A stretch of 64,000 nt of DNA from Macrostomum lignano (Eukaryota): contig NIVC01000719.1 in NCBI GenBank assembly GCA_002269645.1, positions 52,020-116,019 on the forward strand, given 5' to 3'. The notes below the pieces were generated by a model. That model ran no database searches. It saw nothing but the letters and a program-made list of their open reading frames with translations, and was not told the origin of the DNA. Positions 1-12,800 of the stretch are shown here, piece after piece (position 1 is the stretch's first letter; each line of letters begins with the position of its first letter). Position numbers and translations under genes: made by a program.

Positions 1-1348
1 AGGACCTAATGAGGAGTTATAGACAGCCAAAGGACCTAATGAGGAGTTATAGACAGCCCAAAAGACCTAAATAAAGGAGTTATAGACAGCCCAAAGGACC
101 TAAATGAGGAGTTATAGACAGCCCAAAGGACCTAATGAGGAGTTATAGACAGCCCAAAAGACCTAAATAAAGGAGTTATAGACAGCCCAAAGGACCTAAT
201 GAGGAGTTATAGACAGCCCAAAGGACCTAATGAGGAGTTATAGACAGCCCAAAAGACCTAAATAAAGGAGTTATAGACAGCCCAAAGGACCTAAATGAGG
301 AGTTATAGACAGCCCAAAGGACCTAATGAGGAGTTATAGACAGCCCAAAAGACCTAAATAAAGGAGTTATAGACAGCCAAAGGACCTAAATGAGGAGTTA
401 TAGACAGCCAAAGGACTTAAATGAGGAGTTATAGACAGCCCAAAAGACCTAAATAAAGGAGTTATAGACAGCCAAAGGATCTAAATGAGGAGTTCGACAG
501 CCCAAAGGACCTAAATAAAGGAGTTATAGACAGCCCAAAATACCTAAATGAGGAGTTATAGACAGCCCAAAATACCTAAATGAGGAGTTATAGACAGCCC
601 AAAAGACCTAAATAAAGGAGTTATAGACAGCCCAAAGGACCTAATGAGGAGTTATAGACAGCCCAAAGGACCTAATGAGGAGTTATAGACAGCCCAAAAG
701 ACCTAAATAAAGGAGTTATAGACAGCCCAAAGGACCTAAATGAGGAGTTATAGACAGCCCAAAGGACCTAATGAGGAGTTATAGACAGCCCAAAAGACCT
801 AAATAAAGGAGTTATAGACAGCCAAAGGACCTAAATGAGGAGTTATAGACAGCCAAAGGACTTAAATGAGGAGTTATAGACAGCCCAAAAGACCTAAATA
901 AAGGAGTTATAGACAGCCAAAGGATCTAAATGAGGAGTTCGACAGCCCAAAGGACCTAAATAAAGGAGTTATAGACAGCCCAAAATACCTAAATGAGGAG
1001 TTATAGACAGCCCAAAGTACCTAAATGAGGAGTTATAGACAGCTCAAAGGACCTAAATGAGGAGTTATAGACAGCCCAAAAGACCTAAATAAAGGAGTTA
1101 TAGACAGCTCAAAGGAAGGCCCTAATGAGGAGTTAGACAGCTCAAAGGAAGGCCCTAATGAGGAGTTCGACAGCTCAAAGGAAGGCCCTAATGAGGAGTT
1201 CGACAGCTCAAAGGAAGGCCCTAATGAGGAGTTAGACAGCTCAAAGGAAGGCCCTAATGAGGAGTTAGACAACTCAAAGGAAGGCCCTAATGAGGAGTTA
1301 GACAACTCAAAGGAAGGCCCTAATGAGGAGTTAGACAGCTCAAAGGAC
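1..1348. repeat. Minisatellite, ~30-33 bp unit (AGGACCTAA(A)TGAGGAGTTATAGACAGCCCAA), with a ~445 bp higher-order duplication; runs off the window edge
   Basis: Directly visible tandem units. Diagnostic variants recur 445 bp apart (CTTAA at 416/861, TTCGAC at 493/938). A 33-bp variant occupies ~1100-1345. Confidence 0.97.
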
Positions 1349-1607
1349 CTAAGATAGAGTTGGAATTGGACCTTGGAGCTGAGAGCAAGGAAGGCCAATT
1401 GCTGAGCATTCCAATGCAACTGTTGCACAGTTAAGAGTAACCATAATACTCACTTAGACTTGTTAAAAAATTTCCAGCATATCATCAATTATACTATTTG
1501 TATTTTAATAATGTGCGATTACTAATTTAATCATATTTTAATATAGCCGTTAGCACTATTATTGCGATTACAATAGCAGAAATTTCGCATTTAGTAATTG
1601 AATTCAG

Positions 1608-2651
1608 TCAGCGCTGCCTGTGCACCTGGTGCAGCCGCATGTGCCTGTCCAAGTTGGCTCGCTGGCTGAAGCCTTGCAAGCAGGTCGGGCACTGGTGCGG
1701 CTTTTCGCCTCGGTGAATGTTGCGCAGATGGCGCTGCAGGTTGCTGCTGATGCTGAAGGCCCTGGCGCACAGGCTGCACTGGTAGGGCTGCTCACCAGTG
1801 TGCACCCGGAGGTGCCGGGTCAGGTTGGCCGATCTGGGGAAACTCTTGCCGCACCACCGACAAGAATACTTGGACGCTGGCGATGAGCGGACGCCAGGGA
1901 CATGTGGGGGCGGCGGCGGCGGCGGCGGCGTGGCAGGTGCTGCTGCTGCTGCTGCTGTTTTTGCTGCTGCTGACGGTGCAGCAGCTGGTTCTGTAGAGCC
2001 TGATGATGATGATGATGAATCCGGCGATGCTGATGACCGCCACCGCCGCTGCTACGGTCGCGCAGCTGGGCGAGGCGGAGACGCTGCTGCAGCAGGCTGG
2101 GATCTCGGCTGGGAGCCAAGCGACCGCCTGACGACTGGGGCGGTGGCGGCGGCTGTGACGGCGGGTGAGCTGCGTTGAAGCCTCCGCAGCAGAGGAGTCG
2201 GCCGAATTCGCTGACTGCCGGTCGAATTCGCTGCTGATGCTCCAGTTCGCCAGTCGGTTTGCCAGCCAGAAGGGGCGGCTGAAGCGGCTGCGTAGGCGGC
2301 GGCGGCGGCGGCGGGCGTGGCGAAGTGGCGCCGTGGAGGCGGCGGAAGCGGAGCGGCCAGCAGACGCCGCATCGCTGCGCCAAGAGCGAAGCGCCACGGG
2401 TCCCAGGAGGCTGCGGCTGCGGCGGCTGCGGCGGCTGCGAAGGCCGCGTTCGGAGCCGAAGGACGTTGCAGCCCAGCGGCTGACGGACTGCGCATGATGA
2501 GGCGTTCAATAGAATGATTGCTCAGCTTCCTGACCGGCTGCTGCTGAAGTCCTGCAGCAGCTTCGGCAGCGGCCTGCGATTGAGCAGCGGATGTTTCAAT
2601 CATTGAGTTTGGTTTAATGTGTTTTCTGCTGCCGGCTATCGCAGCATTCAA
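1608..2651 (-). CDS. MECOM: Evi1/MECOM-PRDM16 (hamlet/egl-43)-type C2H2 zinc-finger transcription factor with three C-terminal fingers; reading frame interrupted by TAG at 2052-2054; 5' end unresolved
   Basis: The frame of ORF 1608-1805, extended upstream, reads [80 protein letters not shown]. This matches the Evi1/PRDM16 C-terminal ZF8-10 signature ([25 protein letters not shown]). The same frame continues as the Ala/Pro/Gln-rich ORF 2052-2651. Confidence 0.8.
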
Positions 2652-5600
2652 GGTCGGGGGGGGGGTGCGGTGGTGAAGGTTTCTCCTGTCTGCGAGCTGT
2701 CAGTTTTATAACCAATGCTGGAAGCTATGGGTTTTAAATTACAGCAGGCAAAGGATTATAACTGCAGCTCAACTTGTTAAAGGGAGAAGTTTGAATTCGA
2801 GAGAAAAAACTTGAAACTCTTGGAAAAGAAATTTTTCAAGCCCGATGGCCCGTTCTGGCTGAGCGAGGAGCAGCCATCTGCTGAGGATCCGTGCATATGG
2901 AAGATCTGACTTTTGCAAAGGTTGTAGGGGGGGTTCTTGAGTAATCCGATCTCATCTTCCCCAGTGCTAGCGAGGTGAGCAGTTAGTTACGGTGTCAAGT
3001 TTCACGGTGACGTTAGTAACGGGTTTTTTCATTCCGCAGCTGTATCAGCTGTATCGGAGTGGGCAAGCAATGCAGCTCCTACCTGAGTAGCCGGGTCCAT
3101 CGCCAGATATTGTCAGTTCAGGTCTCAGGCAGAGAGCGCTCGTCGGTGTCGCATCAGTGAAATGGAGAGTCGGAGATCCGAAATCTCCCGTCCAGTTTAT
3201 CCCGACTCGCCCCGGCTGGACAACTCCCCTTCCTCCTTTCCAGATGCGAATGGAAGAGGATCAAGAGAAAGTTGATTGAGGATGAGGGGAGATGAGGGAG
3301 ATGAGGTGGAGAGCACGGATGAGCTCCCATTGGCTGGCCTGAGCTCCGCTTTGAGTTGCGTTGACTCTGCCCGCGCTTAGTCTGGAATGCCAGCCCCCCC
3401 CCCCCCCCACAGCTGCCTCTCTTCACCCTGCCCCATCAGCAGGCACAGTCATGCGCCATCTTCCGCCAACATGGCAGCATCTTCCCGTCGTTCCTGCGGC
3501 TCACACACACACACGCTCGCTAACACACACTCACACCTAGCGCCGCCGCCAGAGCTGCTCATGGCAGGGCCATTGTCATGCAAAACCTCGCTCTCAGCAC
3601 CCGCATCCTGTCTGTTAGAAGCGGAACCTTATATTATTGCCCTAACACCAGTTCCCGTCTCGCGTATCAAAATTGCTTGGGCTTTCTTTTGGCCAGCAAG
3701 CGCGCCGCCTGCCACTTTCCATAGGTGTAAAATCTATCTATCTTTCACACTGCGACCCACCCCGCCACCAACCCCAAGCCAGTCACAATATACCGTCATT
3801 AGGGGGGAATTTAGACTTCCGGGGTCTGTTCTCAGCATCATCAGATGCCGATTATTTTCCTTTGATGATTGCAAGATTTCACGCGCAACCTAATGAATGC
3901 TATTGAAAAAAATTGTTGTGAGCAATCAGCTCATGCACTGCAGCAATCGGAGCTCACTGCTTGCTGGTAGATGAAATGAATCTGAGGCTTATAGGAGTGA
4001 TGCATGCGGTTGACCCCAACGACATCTGGCCAAAGAGGCGAGCGGCAACATCGGATCCACAGCCGCCGCCACCGCGGCCGCTGTTTGCGCTAGCCCTGAC
4101 TGGCTGCGGAGATCAAAGTCAGCGCGCGGAGGGAAGTGGCCACTGGTCCAGGAAATTGCAAAGGAGATGAGCTTGAAGCGGTGCTCGAGTGTCCTCATTT
4201 CCTGGAGGAGGAGGGCGCCACGAGCTCTCCGGGGCTGATAGCAAACTTTGTGCATAAAGCGGCTGATCTGGACAAGAGAGAGAGAGAGAGTGATTGATGG
4301 AGGGCCGTGTTTCAGCTGTTGATGCTCTGGTCATGTTCCAGTTCTGGGCAAACACCCAGTATACCCCCAGAGCCATCAGTCTGTGGGGTGCCGCTCCCAC
4401 CGCTTAGCAAAGTTGTGAGCACCAAGCGGCTTTCTTCCCCTCCCCGAGTCCCCTCTCTCGATCTCTCTCCCACTCTCCGACGCATATCTCATTTCGTGTG
4501 CCATCTCATTGAGCCCAGCAGCTCATTGCCAATGCGCTGCCCCCCAGGTCCTTCATCCGAGCACTTGTCATTCTGCTTTACTCTGCTTCTTATATCAACT
4601 ATGTAGATCTAAGAACCGACTCTCTATACATCTGTCTCTTTATCTTCTCCTAGTAGAGCTCATTATTGTTCTCAACTGAGCGCATGCGTCAACAAGTCAA
4701 TCCAGTTCTCTAAAGTTATTTCTCAACATCTTTAATATTCTTTTGTTTCACTCAGCCTGTCAAGACTTGGCGTGTCAATTGCCTATTTGACTTTTACTAT
4801 TGAATTTTACTCTGCAACCCTGCATTGCAAGCCTCTCCCCGCTTGTTGACAGTCTTCCCGGTCTCAATACCCCCGGTAATCCTCATCGCCGTGTCTTCCT
4901 TGCAGCATCCAGCCCCCGATCCTTCCTACTCGCCTTCCTTCCTCCATCTCCGACGGCACCTCCGATCTCAGTTTCACTGAAGGCGCGTCACTCAAAGTTT
5001 GCAGAAAGACATGATCTGACTGACTGACTGCGCGCCTCCCGCAGCTGTGGCACCTTCCCCCCTGGAATGGATCGACTCTCTCCCTGCTCTCCGATTTTCC
5101 CATTTTCCCATCCTTCATAACCAGTCCCGTCTCCGCTCTCTCTCTCTCTCGCTAATCAGCAGAAGCTCTGCAGAATGGGAAGAGGCGAGAGGTCGCGCTG
5201 CGAAGGATAGCCAGTTCCCAGCTTCAAGCGAGGAAGGTGCCACTCAGAGCAGCAGCTGGCGCCGCACCCAAACTTCCGCGGCGTCCGGAGAGTCGTCAAA
5301 TGATGTGCGGCTGCGACCTAGCCGCGGGGCGGAGCTCTTGAAGAGGCTCTTGAAGTTGGCCAGTTACTGCTAGAGAGCCAGCGCAGTCCCCCATGGCTTC
5401 CCAGAATCTGCATGCTTATCCCTTTCTCTGCCGACCCCTTTCCCCCCCGAGGACGTCAATAGCCAAGGCAAACACGGTGCGATCGAGCTAATTATGAAGC
5501 CTGCCGCATGATCCTTTAAATAATTGAAAAATTGGGGAGAATTCTCCCATCTCCAAACCGTTTTGGAGTATATCGATGAGGCCCCGAGTTGAGTTTCACT

Positions 5601-5942
5601 GAGCAAACCACCTCCCCCTCCCTACGGCTTTCTCTCGTCGCTACCTCATCTTCGTTTTGGTGGGTGTCTTCCAAAATGACCTTTGTAAAATGTATTTAGC
5701 TACGAAAAAAGAACTCCTGACATTGTTTAACGGATTTCGCATCGAATACGCGGAATGGAAAATAACGCAGATTTCTATGCGATCCGAGCGTTCAATCAGT
5801 AGTTATTTGTATTTGCATGAGTTTTATAAATAGACTGTGTCGCAGCCAGTGTTGGAACCCTGCATACATGCAGGACTCTGTCTGGTTAGCAGCTTGTAAC
5901 AGTTTCTATGACAAGATGGGGGACACGCTGCAGTCGAGAGCA

Positions 5943-8322
5943 TCAGAGCAGTTGCAGCGGGTGCTCCTGACTGCCGGCGCGCACCGCGATGCCATCCAGG
6001 GCTGCGCCTTCTGGCGGAGCGAAGTAGCCGATGATCTTGTCGCGACTCGGATCGTAGGAGCTGCACAGAACCGTGCCGACCGCTTCGCCGTTGCGGAAGA
6101 GCGGCTCGCCGCCCCAGATCCAGTAGTCGCTGGCCGGATTGAGGCTGGGCAGGGCGAACTTGCCCAAGTTGGCCAGCTGGCGGGGCTCAGGCGGCAATGG
6201 AAATCCTCGGCAAACTCCGGACGGCGTTCGCTCAGCCGGAACATCCGCATAGCGTAGTAGCCGATCGGGACGAAGCCCTGGGCGTGGTTCAGATAGCGAA
6301 ACACTGACGGAGCGTTGCCGGCCTGGGCCAGGACGAATACGTCCGTCTCGTCAGCGAAGGTGAACGGATCCGAGGGTAGTCGCGGGAATTCGCCGTAGTG
6401 AACGGCCCGGGGCAGGTGCAACAGGCAGTAGTTGATGCTGATGTCCGTGATGGCCACAGTTTCGTCTGCCGCCTTCTCGTTCAAGAGGGAGACGGCGCGC
6501 GTCTGAGCGACTCCGGACGAAAGAAAGATTGCCGAGCGTTCCGTCTGTTTGACAAGACGGCCGAAGAGTTCAAGGGACTGGCCGTCCCTGGACGACATGG
6601 TGACGAAGTCTCCGGATGGCAGGCGCGACAAGCCGGACTCGAAGCGTGTACGGTTGAACACGGACGACAGGAAAGCCTCCAGATCGTCTGGCGTGTGTGC
6701 CGTGATGCGGATCTGCGTAGCCGAGCTGTTGTCGTAGATGGTCTTCATCCGCTGGATCTTGCGGTACTCAGCCGAGGCGAAGTCGATCCAGAACGGCCGG
6801 CCGTACGAGCGCCAGCTGGCCTGCATCTGGTTTTGGGACTGCGGATGGTCGTAAAACACCGGGTGCTCGTAGCCGTTCTGCGTCTGCTCCAGCACAGCCC
6901 CGTGCTCCTTTGCGCCTCGTGCAGCGCGGAGACAATCAGCTGGCGGCCTGTGTTGAACTGGTTCTTCGGCCCAGGGTTGATCAGCGCGTTGTACGACTCG
7001 GGCAGTCGGTTGACGATGAAAGCCGGATGGTCCGTGTGCTGCGGCACGAACCGGCGAACGTCGATTGAAGTTGTGTCGACTTGAGTCTTTCCGTTCATCA
7101 CCAGCTCAGCCATGGAGGCGCCCAGACCGCCGGACAGGCTGATGCCGACCGAGTTGAGCCCGGCCGCCACAAAATAGCCAGGTATGTCGGGCACCTCGCC
7201 GAAGATTGGTTGAGCATCCGGCGTGAACGTCTCGGGTCCGTTGATGCTGGATCGGACCCCGAGCTTCGATAGCATCGGAAATCGATGGTTGGCGCCGCGG
7301 ACAATTGGCTCGAACTGTTTGTTGTCCTCTGGTAGCAGTTGGTTCTCGAAGTTCGGCGGTACGCCAGTTGGAAACACAACTTTGCCTGTCGGCTCGAATC
7401 CACCAACGCACAGGCCGCCTTGCCATTCGCGAACGTAGAATAGGCGTTCGTTGTTCCGCACCACTGGGAAGGCCTTAGTGATGGAATCGTCCTCAGCCGG
7501 CTGGGTGAACATGGCGAAGTGCTCGCAGCTGCCCAGTGGAATTCGAACTCGCTCGGTGCAGCGCCTGCCCAGCTGCCGAGCCCACTGGCCGGCCGCATTG
7601 ACGAACGCCTCGCACTCGATGAGGCCCTTCGGCGTCTCAACCGAGGCGACGCGGCCGTCCATGTTGAGGTGAACGCGACGGACGTGGGTGCCCAGTCGAA
7701 TTTCGGCTCCTTTGGCCTTGGCCGCAGACAGGTAGGCGTTGGTCAGGTCCATCGGGCTGCTCAGGGCGCCGTCGCTTGGCGTGTACAGAGCACCGATAAG
7801 ATCGTCCGTGAGCATCAGCGACGAAGGCACGAGTCGCTGGATCTCGCTTGGACCCAGCAGGTGGCTCTCAATTTTGTGCGCGTCGCCCATCGCCTTGAGC
7901 CGCTCGAGCGAGTGCATCGTTGCCGAGCTCTCGGCCAACGACAGGCTGCCGTAGTTCACAAAGCCGGACGGGAAGCCCTTGTCGTCCAGCTGTTTGCAGG
8001 TTTGCACCGTCTGTTTGGCCAGCTGGGTAAGAGCTTCGAACTGGCGCAGCTGGGAGATCAGGCCGACCGAATGCCAAGTGGTGCCGCAGCCAACGCTGGC
8101 GCCCTGCTCAAGCAGGAGCACACTCTTGCAGCCCAGCTCGGTCAGGTGGTAGGCGATAGAACAGCCTGTGACGCCGGCTCCGCAGACCACCACCTGAGCC
8201 GAGTCAATAACTGACAGGCTTGGCTCAGCCGGCCTGCTGCCGACGAAGCGAGCCTGAGAGGTCACCGCGGACCATCGCCGAGCTGCTGGTGGCAGCCGAC
8301 GGCTGCAGATTGCGCGCAGCAT
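5943..8322 (-). CDS. PDPR: Pyruvate dehydrogenase phosphatase regulatory subunit-like mitochondrial flavoprotein (DAO/GcvT family, related to SARDH/DMGDH); intronless; two -1 frameshifts at ~6910 and ~6202
   Basis: Arg-rich targeting-like N-terminus, then VVVCGAGVTG FAD motif, CEHF, YVREWQGG..GGFE, GPETFTPD, FNTGRQL and WGGEPLFRNG, all recalled from PDPR. ORFs 6745-8322, 5906-6895 and 5943-6197 join by adding one base at TTT 6909-6911 (HEAQKEHGAVLEQ) and one near AAA 6201-6203 (EDFPLPPEP), giving ~793 aa. Confidence 0.85.
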
Positions 8323-8470
8323 CTTTCGATTTCAAGTAGCTTGTACTACCGAGCGCGATTCGTACGTCCGTCTTCGTTTGGTGTTGCAGATTTTGGCTGG
8401 ACCCAATCAAGCGCTGCAATCTGTCAATGGTTAGATAGAGGTAGACAGGCCGGGTTGGTTGCAGGTTATC

Positions 8471-8490
8471 TATAAAAAGAAAAGTCACGA
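8471..8490 (-). promoter_or_regulatory. Candidate splice or trans-splice acceptor ~150 nt upstream of the PDPR-like ATG
   Basis: Minus strand reads GACTTTTCTTTTTATAG|ATAACC: a pyrimidine tract plus AG. Confidence 0.45.
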
Positions 8491-8909
8491 GCTCTTTGCT
8501 TGGCTATCAGTAGAGTAAAATTCCACTAAGAATTTTGTATTTCCTAAGAATGTAACGTTGAATTTCCTTACATGGTCAGTAAATAACAAGAAAATGGTAT
8601 AGTTATTGTCTTTCTAGTAAGTACACAAACATGCGACGTTAGCTTGGCAAATTAAATTAAATGCTGGTTAAATACACTGAAACATCTTACAAGCACAGGA
8701 CCTCGGCTTAATTATCCATAATTTTCTTGTTTTAATTTTAAAGGTAAGTACAATGTCCCCATTAGCGCGAATTCGAATTTCATTTAATTTACCGAATGTA
8801 AACTTAAGGGTGATTAATGTGGCTGAGATTGAAATGTTTTACGCTCGTAAGACTTAGATTTTAAAGAATCAGCCTACAGCCACTCACTCCAATTCATTGT
8901 TCAAAAAGA

Positions 8910-9862
8910 TGGATCTAACAGATGTATCTAACAGATCTAACAGATCGATCTAGCAGACAAATCTAGCATATATATCTAACAGATAGACCTAACATATATC
9001 TAACAGATAGACCTAACATATATCTAACAGATAGACCTAACATATATCTAACAGATAGACCCAACGTATATCTAACAGATAGACCTAACATATATCTAAC
9101 AGATAGATCTAACAGATATCTAACAGATAGACGACAGATGGATTTACCAGATGGATCTACCGATGAATCCAACAGATAGATCCAACGGATAGATCCAACA
9201 GACAGATCCAACAGACAGATCCAACAGATAGATCCAACAGACAGATCCAACGGATAGATCCAACAGATAGATCCAACAGAAAGATCCAACGGATAGATCC
9301 AACGGATAGATCCAACAGATAGATCCAACAGACAGATCCAACAGATAGATCCAACAGACAGATCCAACGGATAGATCCAACAGATAGATCCAACAGAAAG
9401 ATCCAACGGATAGATCCAACGGATAGATCCAACAGATAGATCCAACAGATAGATCCAACAGATAGATCCAACAGATAGATCCAACAGACAGATCCAACGG
9501 ATAGATCCAACAGATAGATCCAACAGAAAGATCCAACGGATAGATCCAACGGATAGATCCAACAGATAGATCCAACAGACAGATCCAACAGATAGATCCA
9601 ACAGACAGATCCAACGGATAGATCCAACAGATAGATCCAACAGAAAGATCCAACGGATAGATCCAACGGATAGATCCAACAGATAGATCCAACAGATAGA
9701 TCCAACAGATAGATCCAACAGATAGATCCAACAGAAAGATCCAACAGACAGATCCAACAGATAGATCCAACAGATAGATCCAACAGATAGATCCAACAGA
9801 CAGATCCAACAGACAGATCCAACAGATAGATCCAACGGATAGATCTAACAGATCCAACAGGT
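8910..9862. repeat. 13-bp minisatellite (GATAGATCCAACA and variants), with a degenerate 26-bp dimer at its left end
   Basis: Directly visible tandem units; explains the LLDLSVGS-type ORFs. Confidence 0.97.
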
Positions 9863-12800
9863 CTACAAATAAATTTGAATTAAGTCGAGTTTTCTATATC
9901 AAATGGAAACTCTCGCAATAAATCTTGATGAAGGGGCGCCTCGTGGTCCAAAGTGGCTTGTTAATACGCTCGTGTTCATATTTTTCATAAATTACAATCG
10001 TACGATTGGGTTTTTGGCTAAATTATCCATACCCGCGTGCACACCAAGCCAATTTCAAGAAAGCACTTACCAAATAAATGCGAAAGCAAATGCCGATTGT
10101 TGTCGTGAAAAAACGAAATAATGTAAGCTTTTATCGCTGCGATTAGGCAAGAAAACTAACGTTAGCATAACATACTGTATGAGATTGACCATTTATAAAA
10201 TAGCTGCAGTTGACAGTCCGCGGCCTTATCAAATGCTACTGCGAAAGAATTTCTGTAGTGCCTGTCCTAGCTCTGCCGACTCGACCGCGTGTACACCGGA
10301 GCTGTACAGCTTTTGTAGGCTGTACAAAAATGTTAACTCTTATAGTTGCGCTCATGCAACTACACAAGCGCATGCAGTGTGCGCTGCAGTGCAGGGGGTG
10401 TGTTCGTGCAATATATCCTAGCTCATAGATTGTTGCACACTGCTGCATGGGTAGGAATGAATAATTGGCTTGAAGTTTCAGTTTATTGGGAGAGAGAGCC
10501 AAGCTGTGCACAGTAAAAACCAAATTTTAGCTGTATACCCTCACGCCTCTCATGTGACTTGATCGAGGTGGGGGGGGGGCAAAACCAGATCTTCTCGACT
10601 AGATTTCAACGTGCAGGACTGTGTATATATTTAGACTTTCTTTTAACCACTAATTTCAGGAAAACTGGATAAGAAAGTTACAGTAGGTTTTAAAGCAAAC
10701 TTTGATCTTCTTTCAAATTGTAAACTTGTGTTGAGCCTGAAGCAAAAAATCGCGTTAAGAAGTACACATTCAGTAGCCCTTGGAGAATTGGGCCGCGGGC
10801 ATGTGGGGACCTTTTGAGAGGACTAGGAAAGGTTATTCTGGCCGAAAAACAATCTAGGCCGATCAGGCGCGTAGTCAGAATTTTGATTGGAAGGGTTCAC
10901 ATCTTTGGGAAGGCGCAACCCATTCGCCGCGCGGGTGCCATCTTGATCGAGAGAGTAGCTAATTTAATTACATGTACATGTATGTCAGAGATCAATAAAC
11001 AGACCAGATATACAGTACTAAAAGATCGATGAATATTCTCTACTTACTTCCAATAAAAAACTATGATGTGTTACCACTCTAAAAATTTCCTAGATATCTC
11101 CATAGTGTTTATTTTTCGCAAGCCGGCCATGCTTCATCATCCCTTCGATTTTTCTATATTAAGAAACCAGAATTTTCGGAATGATGTTAGTTCAGTTCAG
11201 TCGTCCTTATTTTTCAAAGTTAACTGGCTAGTCGGTCAGGTTATCTATTAATGCAAAACAGTATTTTTACTTATGTTGTACAATATCTTGTTAAAGCTTG
11301 TAAAAGAAAAGGGATCAATTGTGATGGGACACGCAATGCGCAGATCCAGAAATTTTTATGCTTGCAACCTGTACTAAGCTTATTCCTAACTAGTACAAGG
11401 TCAAAAAATCCATTAGGATCCGTCAATAACAAGACGCATGTGGCACACGAGTCACATGAATTGCATGGCAACATGTACGACGACAGCTACATATACCGGT
11501 GATTCGTAAGGGTAGAATTTTGATTTAAAAATTTATCAAAAAAGTCACGCACAACTAACTTAAATATAAATGTATAAGTAATTATTTTGTCAGCTTAAAA
11601 ATTCATTATGACAAAACACTTTGTTCAACTTTGCATGTTGACGTTAATTAAATTTATTGTTCTTAAATCTCGTCGACGTATAAATAATATAGTACCACGT
11701 ATAATGTATCATATAACTAACTCATTTATGAGTCGTAGTAGCTAGTAAGCTAGTCAGGTATAGCTGTGTATCACAGGGCCTAGGAAGTAACGATTTAAAA
11801 TACCGGCACGACCGGCACTCATTGACTCCTTTTTCTAGCAAAAAAGGAAATAATCAGTACTTCTAACGATTACACAGGCGTAACGATTACACGACCACAC
11901 AGGCCTGTCTATAACAGCACTGTCAGCAGTTTGCAGCATTGACCAGGAGGGGCGGGACCCTGCGCACCAGGTATTGATATAACTCCCTAGCGTACACTGT
12001 AGAGTGGTATAGTCTGATTTTTGCATCAGTGCAAAAAGTTTTGCATGCATCCTTGAAAGTTAAATTAGGCAATCTTTTTAACAAGAAGTAGGCCTAACAT
12101 TTTTCTAAGCTAGGCTGCTCAGTGTAGATTGTGGAATACTAAATAGATTACCATTCAGTTCAGTATATCTAAATATTTAATATTCAAATTAAAATATTAA
12201 TGCTGTATAAGTATAACTATTAGAATGTCAAAACTTATGCTTAAATAAATCATTTTAAATGTCCTTGACCTTTGTGTGCTAATGGTGTTTCCTGTACACT
12301 GAGAATCCCATTGCTGCCACCAAAAGCTATAACAGGGGTGATTCTTCCTTCTTAATAATATCCCATTGTTGTTACCAAAAGCTGTCCCAGGGCTCTTAAT
12401 TATTATTTTGTTTAGCCTTACTAGCTGCCACCAAGTTGTCAAAGGGCTAAACTTCTTACACTAATCTTTTAAGTTGGTAGCTGCCACCAGGATTATCCTA
12501 TTAATAAATTATGAGTTTATCAATCTTAGATTAGAATAATTTGAGAAATGTTTCTTAGGCCTAGAATTGATCTGAGTATGTATCTTAGTATTTAGTCTAA
12601 GTATTTAGTCTGAGTATTTAGTCTGAGTATTTATCTGAGTATATTGTTCTTAGAATATTATTTAGCCCTTACAATTGTTATCGTTCTCTTGTTATTCTAG
12701 TAGCGTTTACTATTGTTCTGGTAGCATTTATTGTTATTCTAGCCTGAGTGGTCTATTGGCTATATTGGTATATGTATTTCATGTACTTTGCAAGTCCTTG

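Noticed and set aside
1033-1428. 131-aa minus-strand ORF
   Set aside because: Mostly the 33-bp repeat; the unique 26-aa part has no recognisable similarity.
1420-1453. Possible 34-nt micro-intron on the minus strand (GTGAGT...CTTAAC...CAACAG)
   Set aside because: Good consensus, but it lies in presumed 3' UTR with no supportable exons; cannot be distinguished from chance without RNA data.
2800-5650. Many short ORFs upstream of the zinc-finger gene
   Set aside because: No domains, inconsistent frames, and homopolymer or dinucleotide runs; treated as non-coding regulatory or UTR sequence.
6398-8214. Plus-strand ORFs of 228 and 231 aa
   Set aside because: Antisense to the PDPR-like gene, with no recognisable motifs.
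8963-9857. LLDLSVGS-repeat ORFs, and similar ORFs over the 21-, 24-, 30- and 33-bp arrays
   Set aside because: Produced by tandem units lacking stops; no coding-like flanks, and several lie inside defined introns.
10865-10900. CAGGCGCGTAGTCAGAATTTTG, resembling a MITE terminus
   Set aside because: No inverted partner or TSD found nearby.
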